Source of the DNA: Oikopleura dioica
Lineage: Eukaryota; Animalia; Chordata
Direction of reading: 5' to 3'
Length of the DNA stretch: 64,000 bases
Assembly (NCBI GenBank): GCA_907165135.1
Contig: OU015566.1
Location: forward strand, 4,526,001-4,590,000
The position numbers and the translations under genes are program-made. This document shows positions 49,321-59,710 of this stretch, one piece after another. The notes beneath the pieces were generated by a model, which worked only from the letters and a program-made list of their open reading frames with translations, did no database searches and had not been told where the DNA came from. Within the stretch, counting starts at the first letter, position 1; every line of letters begins with the position of its first letter.

Positions 49321-51337
49321 TTACTTTCGGCTCAGGTTGATAGACATGGCGAGGGCGAGGGCGGTGAGATTTTGAACAACAGTCGAGGCCTAAGAAATTG
49401 GTTAGGGAAAGAAAAAAGGATAGTTTCTTACGTCATTTTTAACATCTCCAGAAGCGGAAGGTCCAGGTCCTGTAAGTCGGGCGAGTTGGGCGACTTAAAA
49501 CAAAGGAAAATAAGGATCTTAGCTGAGCGAGGAAATCTGAGTCAGGAAAAGAAAAGAGAATTTAAAAACAAGTTAGGATGATGCTTTCAGCGAAACCGCA
49601 AGCGGCTTGGATTATTGGTAAGCCGCTTGGAGGCTTTCTATTTACGAAATCACATAATCCTGACTCAGGTTGCCGCGCTGAAATTAATGGTTTACCTGGG
49701 TCTTCTTCAAGATAGTGGAAAAGAGTATTCATGAATCCGTAGCAAGCTTCTCCGTCAGAGCTAGAAATCCCATGAGTGCTCATTTTGAGCTCAAGAAATT
49801 ACCTTGATTGCTGCTTTTCAAGTTCGTTGGTAACACTTTGGCTGATCTTGAAGTTTCCTTTGCCAATTTGAGTCGACAAATGATCCAGAACTTGGTGTTG
49901 AAAATTGCCACTCGACATAATCAGCTAAGAATGGTTAGTTTGGATAAAGTTGGATGAAAATCAACCTTTTTGGCGACGGAAAAGTCACCCTTTGAGCCTT
50001 CAGCGGTCATGTAGAGACTTTCGCGGCAGATTTTCATGACGAGATCGTATTTGCCGAATTCCACCATTCCCAAAAGTCGGTTGCCGAAGTCTTTAAAATG
50101 CTCAATCCCGTTATAAATGCCTTGATTCAAAGAGAAAACACGAGCACTTTCCTTGATCGTCTTTTTCAAAGACATTCATCATATATTCGGCTAACTCGAC
50201 TCGATCCTGCTCGAGCTGAAGCATCAGTCGTCGAGATTCCTCGCTCCTGTTCTTCGCCTCGAATTTGAAAAGTCTGTCGCAAATGACAGATCTATCCTTC
50301 TCGAGCTGGACCAGGTATTTCAATCCAAATTCTTCTCGCCCAGAATCGCGCTAGAAACCAAAGATGCGAGTGAATAAGTTAGCGGAGACTCTACCTTGTC
50401 AACAATCATCGTTGCGAGTTCCATGCACAGGTCGTTGACTTCTGCTTGGGTAGTAAGTCGAGCAGCAAGATCGTACTTGTTTTCTTCGAGAATCAGAAGA
50501 AGACGGATGGCCAAGTTCTTTCTTTGTTCGCTTTTTGCGAGCTATTGAAAGGATTTCGATCTGATCGTGAATGGGACGCCTTAATTGAGTCAAATATTCA
50601 GCGGTTAAAATCCGATTCCTGAGCGATCAGTCGATCGGCAATTTGGTTACCGAATCGTTCACAAACAGAGAGGAAACGTTCGACCATCTTTTCGTCAAGC
50701 GCTAGAATTCTGTTGACAGTTCCGACTCGCTTTTTCTCCATTTGCGTGAGGAATCGATCGCCCAACTCGTTCCACTCTTGCAAGATCTTCTCGACTGTCT
50801 AGGGGAGTTTTTACATCTGATCGAAAAAGCTGTTCTTACCTCCGTATTTCCACTCTCCATCTGTTCCAAATATCGCTCAATAGTTCCTCCAGCAAGAGCA
50901 GCTTCGACGACATCGGCTCTGTCACCCTCAAGTTGGAGCAAGAATCGCTCAGCCATCTGCAGCGGTAGTTTTCGGAGGAGAATTTCGACGAGTTTTCCGC
51001 GACCTTTTTCGATTTGAATTAGCCATCTTTCGAGTAATTCTCGGTTCGAGTTTGTCAAAGTCTAAAGTGATGCCGTCGATTTTGAGATTTTGTTTCTTAT
51101 TGAAATTGAGAAAACTATCAAAGATATGTAAAAGAAATCGAATATGAAACTTAATTAAAATACGAATAGAACAGCCGGTTGAAACCTTTATAGTCTCTTC
51201 CGTCCGGAACAGATGCTCACCTGGTCAACAGCCTTTGAATCCACTTCATTTTTCTTCGCGGCTTCGATGAATCTCAGGGTCAAACTCTGATGATTAAAGT
51301 CGAGCAATTTGCCCATAATCCACGATTCCACCACCAT
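49321..51337 (-). CDS. Orphan protein built from ~9 copies of a helical repeat (E/D-R-h-L-x-Q-h-E-x-x-R)
   Basis: MVVESWIMGKLLD...; GT-AG-joined exons corresponding to ORFs 50702-51058, 50598-50783, 50320-50514, 50111-50323, 49921-50175; ends ...LALAMSINLSRK*. Confidence 0.7.
49534..49675. mobile_element. MITE family A, degenerate copy
   Basis: aatctgagtcagg ... cctgactcaggttgcc; a further half-copy lies at about 49085-49132. Confidence 0.65.
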
Positions 51338-51550
51338 TTTCCCGAGTTATTTGTTTATCTCTTTTCCTCCAGAAACCAAAAAGAAAAAAATGACTAACTG
51401 TACTTGGGCGCAGCTCACTGGGCAAAAGGGAGACTGGTGATAAGCCAGGGCTCAACTGATAAAGATGAGAAATTCACTGAGTGTTTGAAGACCATCTAAG
51501 ATGGTCCATCTTGAATAAAATAAGGAGCAAGCCATCGAAAGAAAGACTCG

Positions 51551-51650
51551 CAAACCTGTGTAGAAACCTGAGTCAGGGTTCTGAAAAATCTTTCCTCTTT
51601 CAAAAGCTGTTTCACTGCCCTGACACAGTCTTCTACTCGAAATTCTGAGC
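51551..51650. mobile_element. MITE family A, intergenic copy
   Basis: aaacctgtgtagaaacctgagtcagggttctgaaa ... ttcactgccctgacacagtcttctac. Confidence 0.7.
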
Positions 51651-51790
51651 CTAGATCGAAAGTAGAACATCTTTTATTTAGCATGACGTAATCTTAGAAC
51701 GCATTTTTGGCCTGGTAATATTTTGATCCAACACAAAGCAAAACAGCGCTTTCCATCCCTTTTCAGCTCACTCAAAATCAAACCCAAAAA

Positions 51791-52610
51791 ATGAAGTGTC
51801 TCTTTTTTCTCGTTCAATTTTCACTTTCTCAAGAAATGAGTCTGATAGAGAACCAGGAAATGCTCCCTTGCCCGACGCAAAAAGACCCAAATCTGATGTG
51901 CACTGGTTGGAACTTGAAGTTTCCCGGGATAATTCTTTGCGCTTACATCCCACCAGCGATTTTTAACGCGGAGAATAGTAATTTTAAGAATTCAATGGGA
52001 AGGCCAACTTACGATTTTGACTTTCATCCTGGTTTTAACTGCATAAATGTAAGTCCTTACGGATCAAAAGCCTTTTGTTTCTATAGAAGCAATAAAAAAT
52101 AATCAGAATTTTGTCAAATTTGACTTTTGTAATCAAAATTTCGGACTAAAAAGGCTAAAATATAGGTCAAATTTATTAAAATCTTTGGCTTTATGAAAAA
52201 TTTAGACTATCTTAGTCTGAAAATTTGTTCATAAAAATCAAATTCGACCAAATTTTGGTCATTTATTAGTTTTTTCAAGATTTGACCGCTTTTTAACCAT
52301 AAAAATTTCAATAAACCCATGTTTATTTTCTATAGCCAGTGATTAAAATTCTGTATTCAGACGAGTTCCTTTCGATACTTTGTTGACAAGGGCTTCGATC
52401 TTGTTATAAAAGGAGAATCGACCCACGAATGCGTCCAGGCAGAACTCAGCGGGGGCCGAGACTGGATTCTAGCAGAAAAAGTCATGGAGAACAAAAAACT
52501 AACGACGAGCTGCTCTCGTCATCGAAACCACAATCCTCTCAAGAAAAAATACAATTCCGCTGCTTACAAGAAAAAGAATTATTTGAAGTTCAAGTTCAAT
52601 TCAAGAAAAT
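51791..52610 (+). CDS. Putative secreted Cys-containing orphan protein; 3' end uncertain
   Basis: MKCLFFLVQFSLS signal-like start, 4 Cys in exon 1, GT donor after ...FNCIN, in-frame exon from about 52362. Confidence 0.5.
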
Positions 52611-52868
52611 AAATTTCGAAACTTCCGAAAAAAGATCGTAAAGCGTCACCTTCTCAAACGGAGAGCTGCTGAATTATGCTCATGGAAAGTCATAACAATT
52701 TTTACAACGTATTTTCATTGCTCTTTTGGTAGAAAAAGTGAAGCAGTCAGATTAATTAGCAATCAGCAGATTATGAGCGAGTTGAAGGTAAAATTCTAGA
52801 TAAAATATATTTCGAAGAGAGAACTTTTGAAACCGAAGGCATGATAAACTGGTCATTCTCTAAGCTGG

Positions 52869-53082
52869 ACTCGGGAACATGTGTAGAAAGCCTGAGTCAG
52901 GGTCAGAAAAAACTGAAATGAAAAGCCGCGCATCGGCTATTTTGTAAACGAAGCCGCGAAGGGGCTTCGCAAGAATTTTTGAGAGATTGAGGAGCTCATA
53001 TTATCGAAGCCGCGAAGCTTCGCGGCTTTTCATTTCAGTTCTTTCAGAACCTTAGTCAGGCTTTCTACTTAGGTTGCCGAGT
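52869..53082. mobile_element. MITE family A upstream of the calpain core
   Basis: gtagaaagcctgagtcagggtcagaaa...tgaaaagccgcg / cgcggcttttcatttcag...cttagtcaggctttctac. Confidence 0.85.
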
Positions 53083-53198
53083 TCAATCTCTAAGAAAACC
53101 AGAGAGAGAGAAAGAGAGACTTCTGTGAATCATAAACTGTATCAATGTTCGCCGATAAATAACCAAGTTTTTATCCTAGAAAAATTATCAATTTCTAG

Positions 53199-55313
53199 TT
53201 CGGAAAAGCGACCGTTGTCCACAACATCGCCCCAGAAGCCCAGCGAGAAGTTCGTCGACTTTCTCGCAAGCTGTCAACAAAAGGGCAAACCTTTCAAGAC
53301 AATAAATTTGACGTCGAGAAAGAGAAAAATGTCCGCGATGGAGTCATGCGCCTCAGCCGACTGAGCTTGAGGGAAAAAGTGAGTTTCATTGGACCTGATG
53401 GTTTGGACGCGGCAGATGTCAAGCAAGGAGGTATCGGTGATTGCTGGTTCTTGTCTGCTTTGTCTTGTATTGCTGCTGAGGATCAGCCGGGAACGGAATT
53501 GGGGAAATTGAAAAGAGATACGGTCGAAAATGTCCTTCAGGTAAAAATTGGTGTGATAAGTCCTTATTTCGTCAAAATCATAGATTGGCCACAATTGCAC
53601 CATGACCGCAATGCAAAGTGGAGGCTTCCGCTTCAAATTTTCTCGCCTCGGAGAATGGGTCGACGTCATTATTGACGACAAACTCCCAGCGAAACGACGT
53701 GCCCGCCCTTCTGACACTGGAGAATGGTGGGTTCCGTTGACGGAAAAGGCTTACGCGAAATTCAACGGCGGCTATGATAAATTAATTGGCGGGCAAACTT
53801 GCCGCGCGCTCACGGATCTAAGGAAAGGATGAAAGAAAAGAAAATGGGTGCCTTAAGGGGGTGTTTCAGCCTCTTTTTATCCTGAAAAAAGCGGGGGCGT
53901 TGCGGTAGAATTGGCAAATTTCGAGTACGGAGAGGCTATTCAACCAGACAATACTGTCGGTGGAATAAATTTGATCGAGCTATTGAAGACGATTTCGAAG
54001 AACTCACTTATCTGCACTTCGAATTTGGGCGACGGGGAAATGAAACGATTGAAAAGGGGCTGGTAAATGGCCATGCTTATGCATTTCTGGGAATAGAAGA
54101 GATGCAGCTCAAGGATGGGTCGAAACTAGATATTGTTAGAATCCGAAATCCTTGGGGAAAGACAGAGTGGGAAGGCGATTGGGGAGACAATGATGAGAAA
54201 AACTGGCGGAGGTTAATTTTTTTCTTTGGTTGAAACGGTCGTTAAATTGTTCAAAGAGTTTCAGCAGCAGAGAAAAAGCGGCTTAAAATGGATCAGGCTG
54301 CTGATGATGGGGCGTTTTGGATGACCTTTAAGGATTGGGTAGATGAGTTTGAGATTTTGACGATTTGCGCGCTCCCGGGATTGGACTTGGAGGATGAAGA
54401 TGGCAAAATAACAAAAGAGTAATATAAGGAAAAGGTTCACTTGTATAATATTTTTGAAGAGAAGTGGAAGAGCGAGAAACCCGCGTGATTGGAACCTTTC
54501 ACCCTGGAGTCAATGCGCCCTCAGACATCAACCACTTGAAAAAAGTCTTCCTCGATCCCGAGTTCACGATTCAAGTCGAAATGGATGTGCACAAATACAT
54601 TTCAAAAACCACCCGACTCATCTGGCTTCAGGTCGGTTGATCTTTCTTTTTACTATGGGAAAAATAAAGAATTTAATTGCGGTAATTGCGGTTTAACATT
54701 CGTGAATTTATAGTTCCTGGTAGACTCGCCGCTCAAGGAAACGAGATATGTGATGCTAAATGTCTATCGTAAGCAGGATACGAGACCTTTCAAGGAACGG
54801 TTTTATTGTGAAGGATTAAGGGTGTAGACACGGATAAGGCTGATTTCAAGGCAAATTTTCTCATCGAAAAATGAGGCCAAATGAGTACCCGTACTAAGGG
54901 TGTCCCTATCTAAAGGAGGAAAAAATCAAGAATAGTCAATCTAGACTATGAGAATACCCTTAAAACCGTCTAACAGGGACCAGTTACCAAGAAAGACCTT
55001 CGAAAATTAAGAAAAGTTGACCCTGTACTCCCTTATCAAAAAGGCTACACTGTCAGCTAAGGGTTCAACTTACAATCTTCCTCGAATTCTCCGTATTTTG
55101 TTTGAGAACCCCTAAAACAGCCCGTACAAACATAATGGATACTTGATGAATCTTCCTATTGGAAAATATGTTATTGTAAGTAGACCCTTATTCTTTCAAT
55201 TTGACCGATTTAAGGTTGCGACAACTGCAAAACAAACAGCTGAAACAGATCCGGTAAAATTCATGGTCAGAACGATTGGATCAAATATCGACCTCCGTCC
55301 CCTTAAAATGTAG
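53199..55313 (+). CDS. Non-classical calpain (CysPc + C2-like domain III, no penta-EF); apparent 1-nt deletion near 54034-54040; 5' end unresolved
   Basis: QGGIGDCWFLSAL (Cys), EKAYAKFNGGY, GLVNGHAY (His), IRNPWG (Asn), DDGAFWM; ends ...IDLRPLKM*. Confidence 0.9.
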
Positions 55314-55687
55314 AAATCAACCTGTGAAAATATAGAATAAATAGACTTTTATTAAAATGGTCATGGAAGAAACTGTGGTTTTACAGAAGTAAGAGCAAGA
55401 GTAAAAATTGAGAACAGAATGAAATGAAGGCGTTTTGGTTGGACTTTGAATTTTGTTGGTTTGTGTTTTGTGTTTCGCACGATTCACCGTGCAAAATGAG
55501 AATTTGCTGAATCAAGGCTGAGTAAAATGAAGATTTTTTATTCAAATTTCTTTGAATTTGAATTTTAATCTAATTAATTGTCAATCTGGCAGTTTTTTGA
55601 TGAAATGAAGAATCAAACTTTTGTCCCGATTTTCGTAATTTTCGATGAAGAACAATTTCCATAGAAAAAATAGAAAAAAATCGAAAA

Positions 55688-58600
55688 TCACTTTTTCCGA
55701 AAAGTACGCCCGAGGAACGAAGAGTTCCGACTCTCGTCAGCGACCTTTTCTTTGATCGAGGACGAGAGCTGCTTCGCTGAGTCGCCGATCTTTTTCAGCC
55801 GTGTTCCTAGTTGAGCTTTCGACAAAAGGTTGATGTGAGGCCCGGAGTTTTTGCGGAGGTCTTTTTGGCGTAATTCATCGGCTTTTCTGAAAGATTAATT
55901 TGAAAAGATGTCGATTGTACTCCATTTTAGTCTTTGAAAAAACTTTTGAGTGACAGTACCTTATAATAATGAGGACATCAGGTAAAACATCGGAGGTATT
56001 TTGCAGCAGCTTCATATTGAAGCCGAAATCGCCTGAAATCAGGTCTTCGCGGATCAACCTAAATACCCCATTCATCCCGATCAAAAGAGAATTCAATCCT
56101 ACGTTAAAATGGCGACACAGACGTATTTTAGAAACTCGAACCGCTTCGAATCGCTGAACAACGAGTCCCAAAGTCGTATCGTATCCGGAATTCGCATTTC
56201 TTGAGAGAGCAAAAGCGTCATCCAGCGAAAGAGGAAGAACTGCGGGCGGATTTCTTGGTCGTTTAGCACTTGCCAAACCGAGTAGTCATGTTTCTACGGG
56301 AAGATAAAGAAGGCTATGAAAAGGGGACTGCCTACCTTGAGAAGCGTGAATGTTTGAGCCATGAGAGCGTGAATACCGCTTGTTGATTCATCCATTGATT
56401 GGATGAAGTTGTCGCGGATTTCAGACATTACTTTTTGAGGATATCTACAGTTTGCGGTCTAGCCATTCTTTTTTCCGCAAGACATCGGCTTTGGTACCTT
56501 AGACTGTTGTTTGCATGAGAGATCCTTTCCTTGAGTAAAGCAATAAAAAGTATCCGCTTCAGCATATCTACTCCATTTCGAATCTGGATCTTGTGATAAA
56601 ACGAAGTAAATCGGTCCGATAATTTCGTTCATTCCCTGGATGTATTTTGTTCCTTGATTCAACTTTGCATAGACAAAGAGAAGGCGCTCAACGACTTCCC
56701 AGTTTTTCTCAACTTTACATTCCAAATCATCATCTAAAACAAGTTAAATGAGGACCAAAGAGAGGAAGTTACCTTCGTCGCCATTTTTCGACTCTTTCAT
56801 AACGATGGCCCCGTTCCTCGCCTTGGCCGACTGGCTACTCGTCACATTTCTTTTCGAAATGCGCATCTTCAGCATTCCAGTTTTGTAGCTCTCGTTGATG
56901 AATTCTACCGCCGGATATTTCGCTGGTTCGGAGAAGAAGGAAATGTCAGGGTAAAGTCGACGCGCGTCCTTTTCAATTTGGCTGAGGAGCTCGTTGTCTT
57001 TGAAGTACTCGTCCCAGGTGTTTCCTGTGTTACTGAAAATGGTGTTAAAAATTCTACCCGTTGAGAATCGTTAGTAGCGATCAAGAAAGACTGAACCGTA
57101 TATGGGGCTTTATTTTTAATTTTCTTTACTCACTGATTTCCTTATCAGTTAAGGATATAGCCGTTCTCAAGGCACTTTCGTAGCGCCGAAATGGGGCGAT
57201 AAAATTTTTTCATTTCAAGACAGGTCCTACCTAAAATTATGTCTAGAATTCCATTCTGATGTTTTTAAAAATTTTTTTCCAAGAAAATTTCTCTCTGGAG
57301 CGATTTGAAATCTTACGATCACTTTTTCTCGAAATTTTTCAATTAAATTGCTAAAACTAAACCTTGAATTATTATAAATTACTTCTAATCTATCTTTCTA
57401 GGGCCTCAAAATTTCAAAACCCAGGAAAATTTTTATTCTAGCGTCTTCTTCTTTTTGGCTTTTCTGTTTCATAAATGCTGCGTTCAGAGCGTTCGACCAA
57501 TCAGCGCGCTCTTTAACATGGGCGCCTCACCCCGCGATGGAGGAGGGCGCCCAGCTCAGCAAACCAGAGCGCTGTCTGATGCTTCGGCTTACTCAAGTAA
57601 GCCTCATAAAAATGGCTCTAGAATCATAAATAATTGGAATCAATTAAAGTTTAGACCCTACGAATGTACAGAAAGGTCCAAATTTTTAATTTATCAAAAA
57701 AACTCGACAGATTTAATGGAAAATTCTCGAGAAAAAGTGATCGTAAGATTTAAAATTGCTCTAGAGAGAAATTTTTCCATTAAAAAATTAAAAAGAACAC
57801 TAGAATCGGGTTTCTTAGGCAATTTTAGGCAGGGTTCCTTTTGAAATGAAAAAAATTTTATCGTCCCCTTTTGGCGCTACGAAAGTGCCTTGAGAACGGC
57901 TATATCCTTAAGTCTTAGTAGAAAGTAACTCTCAAAGGAATATGATTCCTAGGAGTAAACTTCTAGAAAAACTGAACCTTCTAGCTTACCTCAGTGGATC
58001 ATTACTGGACGAGTTCTTCTCCTCATCCGGTCTGATGATAAACTCCTTCACAAAAGTCGCGTAGTTCTTCTAGGGTTCCGCACGATCGGAGGACCCAAAT
58101 TTCAAAAACCAAATTAAACTATAACAGATTTTGAAGTTTTGAATGGGATTGAGGTTTTCGACTATGGCGAAGAAAATGACGATACTTATACTCTGATAAC
58201 TCTATAAATTCGCTGATTTATCTCGGTTTTTCCGGTATATTTCTGTCGCCCACGTTCAGTCGCCCTCCCATTGAAAAGAACACCAAAAAATAGTAGTTTT
58301 TGTTTTTAAATGAAATTATAACTCAGCGAACTTTTTGTGGGCTGATCAATTAAAGTTTTCATAAGCATTAACATTTTCATTTCCCGCGCGCTGATTGGTC
58401 GAATTTCTGACTGTGTTGTTCAGATGGAAGAATCTTCAGTCTAGAAAAAGTCCCTTGCGCAGCTGACCAATCAGAGCGCAGAAGCTAATTAAACTTTGTA
58501 TTTTTTAATAGCTTTAAAATGACAGAAAAAATGGCTTTTAGGAGAAACTAGGATCGGAAATGGATTCTACTGGTGAATTTTAGTAGAATTAAAAATTTTT

Positions 58601-58815
58601 GGTAAATTTAAAGTCTCTGTCCCAATCGTGCGGAACCCTAAGTTCTTCCTTTGCGATTCAAGCACTCCCTCCCATTCCGACTTTTTCGCTGGAAGAGCCG
58701 ATAGAATCAAGCGCCAAACAAGAGCTCTGGTAGATCCTTGATCAGGGCAGCCATAAAAGCTCTTGATTTTTAATTCCTCAAGATCTATCGTTTCTGCCGA
58801 AAGGATTTCCTGCAT
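55688..58815 (-). CDS. TBC1D13: TBC1 domain family member 13-like Rab-GAP
   Basis: RALVWRLILSALP, YFKDNELLSQIEKDARRLYPDISFF, YIQGMNEIIGPIYFV, AEADTFYCF, FRWMTLLLSQE..IRLWDSLF. Confidence 0.92.
57153..57907. mobile_element. TTAA-flanked long-TIR foldback MITE in a TBC1D13 intron
   Basis: ttaa|ggatatagccgttctcaaggcactttcgtagcgcc ... ggcgctacgaaagtgccttgagaacggctatatcc|ttaa; arms stay complementary for about 200 bp. Confidence 0.9.
58071..58640. mobile_element. hAT-type MITE forming TBC1D13 intron 1
   Basis: TIR tagggttccgcacgat / atcgtgcggaacccta; perfect 8-bp TSD agttcttc at 58063-58070 and 58641-58648. Confidence 0.92.
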
Positions 58816-58825
58816 TTCATCTTAA

Positions 58826-59573
58826 GGGTAATGGTATACATCGGCGCGGCGCTGCTCTCTCGATCCGCGCTCCACCAGAACCTATTTCTCACGGAGCCGT
58901 AAAATCTGAACGGATAAAGATTTTTTCAAAATTCAAAAAGATTCTGAATAATTAAAGTCTTTTCTACTAACTCAGCAAAATTGGTAATGATTGTCAAAGA
59001 GGAACTATCTGAAAATTGCCAGTTTCCTTTAAATGACATTTTCTTCGATATTTCTCATCCAAAATTTTTGAAAATTACACTGTCTTGTAGAGAATCGTCA
59101 GCTCTACAAATCCTGTTTTTCAGATTTTTGTTATAAGATCTTCGGATTTTAATATGCGCCCTTGAAGTCAGCGCTGTGAGGTCGTTGCGTGAGAAATAGA
59201 GAGCGGAGAGGCGCGAGAAGAAGTAGCCCTCTTTACAAATTGCGATATAAAATTAATAAAAGCTTCAAACAAAAATCTTAAAAACAGGATTTGTAGAGCT
59301 GACGATTCTCTACAAGACAGTGTAATTTCTAAAATTTTTGGATGAGAAATATCGAAGAAAATGTCATTTGAAGGAAACTGGCAATTTTCAGATAGTTCCT
59401 CTCTGACAATCATTACCAATTTTGCTGTGTTAGTAGAAAAGACTTTAATTATTCAGAATCTTTTTGAATTTTGAAAAATCTTTATCCGTTCAGATTTTAC
59501 GGCTCCATGAGAAATAGGTTCTGGCGGAGCGCGGATCGAGAGAGCAGCGCCGCGCCGATGTATACCATTACCC
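58826..59573. mobile_element. 748-bp foldback element with ~295-bp near-perfect TIRs, TTAA TSD
   Basis: ttaa|gggtaatggtatacatcggcgcggcgctgctctctcg ... cgagagagcagcgccgcgccgatgtataccattaccc|ttaa. Confidence 0.95.
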
Positions 59574-59710
59574 TTAAATTGAAAATATAAAAGCATCTAT
59601 AAATGATCTTTGAACTCTATTTTGAAAGTGGAAAAATAGTGAGCAGTGACAGTAGCTGCAAATTGGACAAAAATATTCTTCTAGGGCAAGTTTTCCTTTT
59701 CGTTCGTTTT

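Noticed and set aside
49562-49700. ORF end ...ARQPESGLCDF...ILTCF* as the C-terminus of the helical-repeat protein
   Set aside because: It reads through a family A MITE; a GT donor after EDP and downstream exons give a better model.
53270-53310. Apparent frameshift before the calpain FQDNKF motif
   Set aside because: Careful re-reading shows one continuous frame (HNIAPEAQREVRRLSRKLSTKGQTFQDNKF).
59168-59419. 83-aa ORF inside the large foldback as a possible transposase
   Set aside because: It is mostly TIR sequence, short, with no DDE or other transposase features.
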